Shown here: one piece after another, positions 36,929-48,700 of the stretch
Layout of the letters: each line of letters opens with the position of its first letter
Position numbering within the stretch: the first letter of the stretch is position 1
NCBI GenBank assembly: GCA_001662655.1
Contig: KV460252.1
DNA length: 64,000 nucleotides
Origin: Pseudogymnoascus verrucosus
Taxonomy: Eukaryota
Strand: one strand, 5' to 3'
Notes under the pieces: generated by a model
Databases searched by the model: none
What the model saw: only the letters and a program-made list of their open reading frames with translations
Told to the model about the DNA's origin: nothing
Made by a program: the position numbers and the translations under genes

Positions 36929-38736
36929 ATGATCGGAGATAAGCCAGCACCACCAGTCAAAAAAACCAGAGCCCGCAGACCAAAAGTCAAGACTGGCTGC
37001 AAAACATGCAAGTCCGTATTACCAATCAATCCCTGCGGCAATCTAACCGCTGACCACCCACCAGGCTCCGCGGCGTCAAATGCGACGAAGCAAAGCCCAT
37101 ATGCCGCCGCTGCATCTCCACGGGCCGTACCTGTGACGGCTATGGCATCTGGGGCGGAGGGGGTAACGCCTACGGCAGCGTCTCTCGCATTACCAACTCC
37201 TCCCGTTCCCCTAGCTCCCTGCCCTTAACCACTATCACCACAACCACTATCACCACTAGCACCTGCACCCCCGGGCCCCTAACAAGCACCCGCACCCTCC
37301 CCCCCTTGCTCGGCGCAACAACCCAACACGAACACCGCGCATTCGAGTACTTCTTCCACCGCACCTCTCGCAAGCTCCCCGGCATCTTCGACTCCCCCTT
37401 CTGGTCCACCCTCGTCTTCCAAGCCAGCGCCTGCGACCCCGCCGTCCTCCATGCGCTCATCGCCCTCGGCGCCGTGGATCTGGGGAAAGCGACGCGCGAG
37501 CTGGCGTGCGCGGCGGAGAGGGTGAGGGGGTATGAGAGGGTGGCGCTGGTGCAGTATAATAAGGCTATTGTGAGTTTGGGGGTCCATTTTAGAAGGGGGG
37601 GTGGGGATGCGAGGAGGGTGGCGCTGATCACTTGTATGTTGTTTATTTGTATTGAGTTGCTGAGGGAGAGGTTTAAGACGGCGAAAACGCATCTTGGAAA
37701 TGGTCTTAAGTTGCTCGGTGAGATGAGGCGGGGAGAGGGGGGGAGGAAAAGGGGGGGTGAGCTGGTGGTTAATACGGAATTGGAGTCGGTGGATGATTAC
37801 CTCGTTGAGGCGTTTACGAGGTTTAATATCCATTCCTCCCTCTTTGGTCAGGATAACATCCTCCTCTACACCATCGCTCCGCACCCCTCATGCGCCGACC
37901 ACGCCATCCCGCGCGCCTTCACCACTTTCCGCATAGCGCGCCTCTACCTCGACACTCTCATAAACGCCATCTACAACCTCGCTCACCAAGTCGCTTCTCT
38001 CTCCCCCGCCTCCCCAATCCCAAAACACTACACAAACACCCAATCGCACCTTCGCTCATCCCTCGATCAGTGGCTAAAGGCATTCCAAACAAGCCTCCCC
38101 ACACTCACAACCCACCACCCCCTTATCGCCCCCCTCGTCACCCCGCTCCTCCACACATACTACACCATGTCCACCATCACCCTGTCCACCTCCCTCTCTC
38201 CCCGAGACGAACTAATCTACGACTCCCACACCGCGGCGTTTGAATCCATGATCAGCCTCATGCGCGGCGTGTTTGAGACGATTTTATCAGCACACGCGCC
38301 GCTGGGGGATGAGATACCGGACCCGCCTGGGTTCACGGCGGATATGGGGTTCATACCGCCTCTGTTTTTTGTGGTGCTTAAATGCCGTGACAGGGTCGTG
38401 AGGAGGGAGGCACTAGAGCTGCTTGATGGGGCGCCGCATAGAGAGGGGTTGTGGGATGGGATTATGGCGGGGGGAGTGGGGAGGAGGGTTGTGGAGATTG
38501 AGGAGGGCGGGAGTTGGGGGGATGAGAAGGGGCAAGGGGAGGTGGTGGTGCCAGGGTGGGCGAGAGTGTATGATGTTAGGGTTGTGTTGAGGGATGGGTG
38601 GGAGGGGAAGGCGGAGTTGAGGTTTAGACGCTGTGGGGAGGGGGGGGGGGAGAGGGTGGAGAGCGCGGAGGTGGAGGTGGAGTTTGGGAGTATTTCGTCG
38701 GGGAGGTTGGGTAAGTGTATGTTTACGGGGAGGTAG
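36929..38736 (+). CDS. Zn(II)2Cys6 transcription factor
   Basis: Intron 37012-37064 joins KTGCKTCK to LRGVKCDEAKPICRRCISTGRTCDGY, in frame with the 37306 ORF (fungal TF domain, CRD..VRREALELL..PHREGLWD). Confidence 0.9.
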
Positions 38737-39331
38737 GGGTAGATGATAGGGGGTTGGAGTTGGATTGGTTCGAGATATATGTGAACATTTTGAGGGTTGG
38801 AAGTTATTTATGAGAATATCGAGAGATATTTGGATTTTTATGTATTAATTTACGATTATATTCTATTATTTTTAAGACTTGGCAAAGATAATGAATTCTT
38901 CTTATAAGTTATGTATTGTATCCAAACATTGAATATTCTTATAAACATTCTACTATAAATAAATTAATAAAACTGATATTAATTGACTATTCCGGCTATG
39001 AGTTGTAAAATGGCGGGGGACGATTCTCGCGGGCGCCATTACGGGGCGGGGCGGGAAACCAAATATCGAGATGGTGGGGTGTGACCAATGGTGGGGCTGG
39101 GATTTGCCATTGCAGCTCCCAACTGCATCATCCATTCTTTCCCCGCCCACCAACTGTCCCCAAAGCTTCGAAAACTCACGAATTGAAGAAACACCACCGC
39201 GATTCCGCTCACCTACGAAACTACATACAAACTCGCATGATCGGAGCTACAATCCACACATCCTCGAACACCAACACACCCCATCCCACCCCGCAGACCC
39301 CTCATCCCAATCCCCCCACATATCCCTCAAA

Positions 39332-40923
39332 ATGACGCCTCCAACCTCCGACCCTACAAACTTCACCTCCACGCCCCCCCTCCTCACGCCTCAAGACAGC
39401 TCCCAAAGCACACAAGCTGACCGCAACCCCGTCCCCCCAGCCTCACCGCACTCCGGCTCCCTCAGCCACCGCTCCAGCTTCGCCGACGGCATGCGGCCTC
39501 ACCCTCCGTCGCCGCGGAACCAGCGCCACCCCTCCCTCTCGCAAGCCGCCGTGCAAGAGCTCCTCAACAACCCGACGCCGCTGAATAAGCCGGATGCGAG
39601 GTTCACGGGGAGAGACTGGCGCTCGATTGAGATTGGGGAGTTGGTTACGGCGGAGGATGTGAGGTTCGTGGAGACGAATACTAGTGTGGAGGAGGCGACG
39701 AATGTAAGTCCCCCATGTGAGCGATAAAGGGGGTTGAGATGCTGACGCTGGGAGATTTTGATTACATCCGGTTCGCCGCGTGTGGTGCTTATCCGTGAGG
39801 ATGCGGAGTCTTCTACGGCTTGTGGGACTTTTGATTATGGCGACTTGAACGCTTATTTGCTCGTTGTGCTTGGTCTCGGAAGCCCGGACCCGGAGATGAT
39901 AGAAACATATACTGAAATTGCGAGGAAGGGACGCGAGGGTGTGGAAATCCCGCTTGGAGACGTGGTGTCCTTGGCGAAGAAGGCACCGCTCGTTACGCTT
40001 GAGGAATCGGAGAGCTTGTCGGCGGCGCTGGAGTTCTTTGCGGGTGGTGTGCACCGGATTATTGTTGTAAAGGACGGCACACAGGATGTTGTGGGCGTGC
40101 TGAGTCAGTTCAAGCTGTTGAACTTTTTGTGGGAGAATGGCAATTGCTTCCCTGTTATTGAGAGGCTGTACCCGAAGATCCTGAGGGATTTGCAGATCGG
40201 GACTCACCAGATCATTGCTATCAAGTAAGTGTCCTCATTATACATCCATGAGTATGAATGAGTGCTAATACAGCCAGCGGCGACAAACCCCTCACCGAAG
40301 CCCTCCTCCTCATGAGCACCGAAGGCCTCTCCTCCCTCGCCGTCGTCGACAACGGCCTCAACGTCATCGGCAACATCTCCACAACCGATGTCAAGCACCT
40401 CACCAAGACCAGCTCCCTCCCCCTCCTCAAATCCTCCTGCACCCACTTCATCTCCGTCATCCTCATGGAGCGCGGCACAGACAACGGCAAAGACTCCGTT
40501 CCGGTCTTCCACGTCCACCCTTCCTCAACCCTCGCTCACACCGTTGCTAAACTCGTAGCTACTACCTCTCAGCGCATGTGGGTCACCGAGTCCCCTTCCC
40601 CGGCTCCAACCCCAACTCCACAAGCCGTACCATCTGTCCTCGCAGCAGCCCAGCCGCATGGGACGAACCCCTCCGCCTCACCGCCTCTGTCGCCCGCCTA
40701 CCCATCCATCTCCGCTGCGTCATACCCAGGCGTCCGCTCCGGCCGCCTCACGGGCGTCATATCACTCACTGATGTTCTAAACCTCTTCGCCCGCCAATCA
40801 GGACTGCAGACACAAGACCCCAATGAGGAGCGCCAGCATAGGAGGAGGAGCTCGAGTATCTCATCGATGCCGAGACCGAGTATGGATTCCACGAGGGGAT
40901 CGAGCGTGGATATTCGCCGGTGA
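39332..40923 (+). CDS. SDS23: Sds23/Sds24-family CBS-domain protein
   Basis: Introns 39704-39754 and 40225-40277. Motifs [51 protein letters not shown] and [14 protein letters not shown]. Confidence 0.85.
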
Positions 40924-41400
40924 TGGACCTGGTGGTAGTCATTGGTGATTGATAGTGGTTGGGGGGGTTTAGGGGGTGCAGAAAACATGAAATCTACGAA
41001 TTATGGAGCTTTTGGCGCTGGGAGGTGTTTAAATGGAGGGGAATGAATGCTTGGTTTATCATCTCAACTCTCGTGGCGTTTGGGGATTAGATTGACCAAT
41101 ATGTTTGGGCGAGGGCAAAGAGAAATGGGCATGGTTGATAGTTAAATGAAATATGATAAATCTTATCTTGTGTGTGTATTTGCTACTTTTATATTCATAT
41201 TCCATTGCATTGGTGATGGATGGGAGTTAACATTGATATGAGAACCCCTGTAGCGCTAGGCGGGAAAACCGTTGACCCGACGAGGCCGTAGATCCAAACC
41301 CCAAGGCTGACAACTCCAACCCCAATCCTACCAAAACTTTACGTCTCTGTACCTTCCTACCAACCTCCATACCTCACCGCACACCCCCAACCCCAACAAA

Positions 41401-42546
41401 ATGCCCGACTCCTCTCCGCGCCCAGAAAGCAAAAGAGAGCGCAAACGCTCCCCAACCCCCAACTCCGAAGACGAGCGCCGCCGTCGACACCGCCGCCGCG
41501 AGCGCGAGGATCGAGATGGCGAGTCCAGAGACGCCACCGACAGCACGCGAAAAAGACACCACCACCGCGACGACGATAAAACTCGCAGTTCCCACAGATC
41601 AGACGAAGAGGGCGTATCAGCTACTAAACGCCGCCGCTCTAGGAGTCCGAGGGATGGAGAGTCCTCCCGCCGACACCGTCAAGGACGAGAGCACGGGAGA
41701 GAGAATAGACACCGCGACCGGTCCCGCGACAAAGATTCGAAACCCAGATCCCCACGCCGTGACCGCGATCGCGACTCTAAACACCGATCCCCGCGCCCGA
41801 GAAGCCGCGACCGAAACCGCGATGTAGACCGCGATACGAGACCTCTTTCCAACGCGCCACCCTCGCCGATGCGGAAGAGCAACGCGCCCCTCCCGAGTCA
41901 GCAGGATAGTTTCTCCATGATCCGCGGTGGCGGGCACGGCGGTGGTGGACGTGGTGGATTCGGTGGCAGTCGCGGAGGTCGCGGCGGCGGACATGGCGGA
42001 GGAGGACGAGGCGACGACGACAACGCCCTAGTCCCCCACGACGGGGCTCCCCCGCCAGAGAAAAAACAACCCAACTTCGCCCCCACCGGCCTCCTCGCCG
42101 CCGAAACCAAAACCGTTACCACCTCCACCGGCGCCGCCATCGTGCTAAAATACCACGAGCCGCCCGAAGCGCGCAAGCCCCCCCCCCGCGACGCCTGGAA
42201 GCTCTTCGTCTTCAAGAACAGGGACATAGTCGATACGATCGACCTGGGCAGCCGGAGCTGCTGGCTCATCGGGCGGGACGCCTCGATTGCGGATTTACCA
42301 GCTGAGCATCCGAGTATCAGTAAGCAGCATGCAGTTATACAGTTTAGGTTCGTGGAGAAGGTGGATGAGTATGGGGAGAGGAAGGGGGGGGTGAAGCCGT
42401 ATTTACTGGATTTGGAGAGTGCGAATGGGACGAAGCTTAATGGGGGAGTGGTGGAGGGGGCGAGGTTTGTGGAGGTTAGGGGGGGAGATTTGTTGGCGTT
42501 TGGGGAGAGTACGAGGGAGTATGTTGTTATGCTGCCGAAGGACTAG
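41401..42546 (+). CDS. PML1: FHA-domain splicing factor SNIP1/Pml1 (RES complex)
   Basis: RS/RD-rich N-terminus, PNFAPTGLLAAE, LKYHEPPEARKP and FHA motifs GR..HPSISKQHAVIQFR..DLESANGT. Confidence 0.88.
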   Translation: MPDSSPRPESKRERKRSPTPNSEDERRRRHRRREREDRDGESRDATDSTRKRHHHRDDDKTRSSHRSDEEGVSATKRRRSRSPRDGESSRRHRQGREHGRENRHRDRSRDKDSKPRSPRRDRDRDSKHRSPRPRSRDRNRDVDRDTRPLSNAPPSPMRKSNAPLPSQQDSFSMIRGGGHGGGGRGGFGGSRGGRGGGHGGGGRGDDDNALVPHDGAPPPEKKQPNFAPTGLLAAETKTVTTSTGAAIVLKYHEPPEARKPPPRDAWKLFVFKNRDIVDTIDLGSRSCWLIGRDASIADLPAEHPSISKQHAVIQFRFVEKVDEYGERKGGVKPYLLDLESANGTKLNGGVVEGARFVEVRGGDLLAFGESTREYVVMLPKD

Positions 42547-44098
42547 AGGGGGGCGGTAAAGGATTGGGTGTCGCTGTTGTTGTCGGTACCGGTGGTCTGG
42601 GTAGGGTTTGCTTGGGCGAGGGAAGGGATCGTGGAGGGGAGATGCGGAATACCGGAGTGAAGAAAATCGAAATATCGCTATTGAAGAAGCAGAGCTCACG
42701 TGGCCATACCCGGTGAGTATAATCGACGACACCGACAACGCCGGCCGCCCATGCGCCAACTGCCATCCCAACCGCGGAACTTCTTCCATCCCACTCCCTC
42801 CTCCCCGCCGGCGCTTTCCGCATCGCCGTCCGCAGATTCCCATGCCAATACCGACAGTACCCTCCTCCAATACCACCTCACCTCACGCGGCGCCGACATG
42901 ACAGCGGAATCCACACCAGAATCATCTGAAGTATATATATATGCAGGTGCGCGAACCGCTCACGCGGCGGCCAGAAAGCCGTTTTAGGGACCGACCGACC
43001 GCTGCCTGTCAACGGCGGATGTGGCTGCCTCATGGAACGTGTGTGTGAGCAGGAGCAGGTGCAGGGACTGACGATCTGCTCATCTAGGGTGCTAGATCTG
43101 ATCTTGCATGAGACGGGCCGCGGAGATGATCTCCGATCTGGATCTGACTGGCTGTCAGATTCCTCACTATACTGTTGCTTTGCTTTGTATCGTAGTTGTA
43201 CATGTATCACACCGTTGTAAGATACCGCCGGACTGGGTGTAGATAGAAAAACCCCTGCTAGTCGATCGCGACAGGGGGAGATCTTAAACATGAAATGCCA
43301 TCCCAAGTCCGGATGAAATGAAATGACCCTCGTGCAACGTCCGCCGATCGGGGGACTGGTGACACCTACGTACCGGTGGCTGACCTACCCGCGCGCTGCT
43401 GCAGTGTACCCTTGTGGCGGAAGCTTGTCTGAGCCTGCGGTTGTGCGTAACAGCGATATTGCTGCCTTGTGACACTCATCCCGTATACTGTCATACGCTC
43501 TCCTGCCTATGTGCCAGCACACGTCATTCGCCCATTCGACCCCCACTCATCCTGTCTCTTATGCAGCTGTCAAACCAACTCGCCACGCAACGGCGCAGAT
43601 CGCTACCCTCCCTGCGTCCGAAGCTGCAGCAGAGAGACATGGTGGAGTTGGTGATGCGTGGTGAGGGGGAGACTTGGCGGCTGTGGCGTTTCTGGAAGGC
43701 GGGGGGAGGGGAATTGTGCATGAAGGGGGCTGGGAAGGTGGTTGTGCATGAGGGGGGCTAGGGTTGAAGGGACTGTGCATGAAGGGAGTGGGGGGATATA
43801 AGACGGGGGAGTATATAAGACGGAGGATAGGATGGGGGATTTGGGATGGAGAGGAGATGCGAGATCTCGAGGGGACATGGGATTGTCTGCCTGCCTGCCG
43901 TGGGTGGGGATATAGGCAGCGGCCCTTGGTGATCCTGGTACCATGGCGTCGGGGCGTGAGTGACGAGTGAGTGAGTAAGTGAGTGCCGGACTCTGCCACG
44001 ATGAGGCTGGATATGCCGTGTTGTGTTTGGAAAGGCAGACCGGGGGCGAAGGAGAATGTGAGAATGCCAGCCAGCCAGTGGGTATGATACCCAACCAG

Positions 44099-44305
44099 TA
44101 TGACTCCTTCTTCCCGAGCCTCTCTGACATTTCTCTGGCCGGTCTATGACCCTCTTCCCGAGCCTCACTAACCTTCCTCTGGCAAGTCTATGACCTTTCT
44201 CTGCCGTGTCAAGAGTTGGTATTCACCACTAAGCACTCGCGACTCACCGCATCTCTGGCCGGTCTATAACCTCTCTCTGCCGTGTCAAGAGTTAATATTC
44301 ACCAC
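44099..44305. repeat. Degenerate intergenic direct repeats, about 45-bp unit
   Basis: Recurring blocks CTCTGGCCGGTCTAT(G/A)ACC, CTTCCCGAGCCTC and TCTCTGCCGTGTCAAGAGTT..TATTCACCACT. Confidence 0.65.
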
Positions 44306-45791
44306 TCCCCACTCATCACTCACCGCATCTCTCACATCCCACAACGCCCGCGCAAGACAGACTCGGTGTGCTATCCCGTCCGTGGTTCTCCTCCCACCCC
44401 GTGATAGCAAAAATGCGTATGAATAGCCCACAGTAGCCCACAGCAGCCCATCAGAAGCCAATAAATAGTGCCCCCCAGGCTGTCTCACGCCCTCAGCGTC
44501 ACCCAGCCACCACCTGTGTGCGTATGCGTGAGTGAGCCAGTACGCCCGCCCAGCCGCCGCTGTCGGCATATGGTACTAGGCACCACCGCCACGCACGACG
44601 TGTTGGCCGCCGGTATAATGGCCGCCTGGGCTGGCCGCTGTCCCGTATAACTGGTCGCTGGGAATGGCTCACCGGGTGGCCGCCTGCCGCCTGCCGCTTG
44701 TCGCCTGTCTTTCCCGATGGTATGGGATGGTGGTGGTGGATGGCCCTGTAACGGCAGTGGTCGGTAGGTGGGCAGTAGGTCGTTGACTTGTACCTTCTGT
44801 ACGTAAAGTACACGCTGGGGTGTGGGTGGTTGACTGGTACAATTTAGCGTATTTTGGTTGTAATTTAGTGCATTTTGGGTGTTAATTTAGTGTATTTTGG
44901 ATGTAATTTAGCGTATTTATTAGAGGGGTGACTGGTATACGGCAGACGCTTGGTACCTCCCTCACCCTCTCCCGCCCTCCCAAACGGTCCCCCGTACTCC
45001 CCCGCCACGCCCCGATCCCCCGAGACACCCGCACATGACACTGGCAAATCAGCTGCCCATGTTGATTTTGGCGCCAGCAACCATGGGAGATACTTCCAGC
45101 CACCGCTATTTATGGCTGGCTACGCTTGTACCTCCTATGCCCCTCGACATGGATGAAGCATGGATGACAGGGCAGGCGGCGTTCATGGAGAGCCCCTCTA
45201 CTCTCCACTCTCTCTCTCTTTCCTCTCTCTGGCTGAAATGTAGGTAGGTATAAAGTCCACTCTATGTACCCCGCACTCTACTGACACCAATGAATAACAG
45301 GCTTCTCTGCCCCTTCTCTGCCCTATTTATTCACATCCATTCACGCCGAGTACCTGTCCTCTACCTGCCATCTACTTCTTATTCCTCCCAAGAGAAGGCT
45401 GCGAGGGGGGTGGAAGAGGCTGTGAGCCGGTGGTCGTCTGTCGGTGTGCTCGCTGTGGACGCCGCTCTCTCCATTAATATGCACTCCTTCCTGGCTGAGC
45501 CCTACTTTGACCCACGCTCCCCATGATTCAGTGTGATTAGAGGGATCGATCCCCTTTCCGTCTAGACAAGAGAAACAGCGTCTGCATGGCTTTCTGCGCC
45601 CTCCACGTGAACTCTGTTATTCGGCGTGGCAGCCCTCTCAACAGACTAAGCCCGGCGGACGATTAAAGAGTATATATAGCTCTGTCCCCCGACCACCCCC
45701 TGCTGTTCGGGCTCCTACGCAGATATACTACATACACATATATACGCATACCTATCGTTTGGCTTGTTCTGGCCACAAATCAACCTGCAGA

Positions 45792-48700
45792 ATGGTGAGT
45801 TCTCCCACTTTTCACTTTCCACTTTCCACTCCACATTTCCCTGGACCAGTACTGGGCCAGAGACCAGAGACCTTAGAGAGCACCAGCTAACTTCTTCTCC
45901 CACAGGGCACAACTACGCCCCTCGACCAGATCAAGCGCTTCGAGGTCACCGAAGTCTATGCCCACCCCGAAGCCACTGTCGACATCGTCCTCGTCCACGG
46001 CCTCAACGGCCACCCACAGAACACATGGACCGCAAAGAACGGCGTCTTCTGGCCCAGCCAGCTGCTGCCTCTGACATTACGGCAGGCCAAGGCGAGGGTC
46101 CTAGTCTATGGCTACAACGCAGACGTATATACTTTTGGCAGCGATAAGGGCGCAAGCTCTGATATGATACACCAGCATGCACAGAGCTTGCTGACGGGAC
46201 TGAGCATGGAGAGAATGAGCGAGGAGAAGGAGGAGAATGCGATCATCTGGGTCGCGCATAGCTTAGGTGGGATACTGGTAAAGAGGGTGAGTGTCCCCGG
46301 AGGCTCGCAGGAGGCGTGCTTAAGACAGTGACTAAAGCTAACGTATCTAGGCACTGGAACTCTCAAACGACCTCACGAGTAAGAGCGCCGACCCAAGCCG
46401 CTCCATCTACGTCTCCACCTACGGCATTATCTTCCTAGGCACGCCGCACCTAGGCGCTGACGGCGCAAAATGGGGACAGGTCCTGCACTCACTCGTGCGG
46501 ACCGTCATGCCCAAGAAGATCGTCGAGACGGAGGACCAGCTGCTCAAGACGCTGCAGAACAACAACGAGACCCTTCAGAACATCAACCTGCACTTCCTCG
46601 ACATCTACCAGCGCTTCGAGATCGACATGGTGCACGAGGCTATGAGAACCGATCTCAAGGGCACTAAGATCTTCGTCGTCGACCAGGCCTCTGCCTCCCC
46701 GCCGTTACCAGGCGTCCGATACTACGGCATCGAGGGCACGCACTCGTCCATGTGCAAGTTCGAGAGCAAGAACGCCCCAGGCTATCTGAATGTCAGCACG
46801 GCGATCAAGGGGTGGGCGAATGACTGCACGCCGAAGATCCAGGCGAGGTGGGCTGCGGAGAGGAAGGCAAGGAGGCAGGCCAAGGAGAATGAGGCTAAGG
46901 AGCTACTGGGCATCTTCGTAACGGATAAGGATGATACTGTGAGTTAGCCTTAGACGAGCCGTAGCGAAATATACATTCTGACTTTTGAATAGTTGAGTGC
47001 CCCAGTGGCACAGCCGCGGCCACAGGAGGCGTCGGGAACTTCAAACAGTACGTCGGCACCTACTTCCCACCAAGCACCGGCGACGAGCCAGCCGCGGGCT
47101 GCACTCGAGGCAGCGTCGCGCCAGGCTGCGTCGCCGTTCCAGTACCAGTACACAACGGAGGAGGTTGAGGAGAGAGAAGCGGAACTGGTGGAGCGTTGAT
47201 TCTGTCGTTCTGCGAGTTTTCTCTTTTTGATTTTCGTCGGGGTTGTGTTTTTTTCTTACACTCTATATCATGTCACTCTACTCTACTTCTTCTATCCTTA
47301 TAAAAATGAACAGGGCTGATTTCTCTCGTGCCTATGTAGACTCGTCGCTCGCCGTATCAAACGCAAATATCGCCCAGCCTGCTGCCAGACCCGCTGATCC
47401 CGCTACTACTGCAGCCCCTACCGCGTACTTCATCAAGCCCCAGGGGTTTCGTCCTAACTCCCTTTTTGTCGGCCGCGAAGAGGAACTCGAGAAAATGCAT
47501 CGCATGCTTTTCGACCGCAAGCGCCGCGCCGAGGGCGTCGCTGCTGTTCTCATCCAGTGCATCCCTGGCGGTGGAAAGACTCATCTTGCGCGCGAATATG
47601 TCTACAAGCACCTCCAGGACTTCCCCGGCGGCGTCTTCTGGGTCACTGCCAAGTCGCCTGAGCAACTGGAGGCTGGCTTCTGGCATATCGCTGCTACCGT
47701 CGCGTTACCGCCCGCGAATGGCAGCGTGGCGGCGAAGCAGACGGAGGATTTCGTCAGATGCGTTATTGACTGGTTCACGACCCACCACGACTGGCTGCTT
47801 GTCCTTGATGGAATCCACTTCGACCACAACGAGACTCTCAGTCGGTTTATCCCCGATAGCACGAATAGCAGCCTTCTCTACACATCCACCGAGCACAGTG
47901 TCGGTGGCGACCACCACTTCATGAACCCGGAGGTTATCAGAGTACCTCTGCTATCAGCGCGCGAAGCGCAGGAACTTTTCCTTCAGGAACTGGGCCGAAA
48001 GAACCCGACAACAGACGACCTTGCCGAGGCGATGAAGCTGGTGCAGCGAATGGGATTTCTGCCAGAGGTAATTCATGTGGCGGCGAAGAGGCTGAAATCG
48101 ACGCAGGAACCGTTGGCCAAGTTTGCGAGAGCCTATGCGTCAGGGCCGAAGTTGAGGGCACTGGACACTTATGTAGCTGTTGTGGAGCAGCTGCGGAACT
48201 CAGGGGCGGATGAGGCATTAAATCTGATCAGTATACTGGCATTCTTCAGCAGTAGTATCCCAGTGGAGATGATTTCGTTAGGTAAGTTCCCACTCTCTCT
48301 GTGTCTATCAAGCTGAACTAACATCCACAGGCCTCAAATCAGTCGACATCCCCGTCAAAACCTACGAAATGGCCACCGGGCGCTCCCTAAACAACACCTT
48401 CAAAATCCTCAACAGCTACGCCCTAATCAGCCGCTCCGAACACGACCTCAGCCCCCACGCCTCCACCTCCTCCAAGTCCTCCTCCCACCTCCTCGCCGAC
48501 GACCTCGACATAATCCGCATCCACTCCGTCGTCCAAGACTTCTTCATCGACTCCCTCCGCGCCGCCGGCACCCGCGCCGTCTGGCTCTCCCGCGCAATGG
48601 TCCTATTCACCAAATCCTACGACCAGGCTTCCCAGCGCATCCAAGCAAAGACCAATGCGGGTCTCGTCGGCGACTTCCGCTCCTACGAGATACACGCCCG

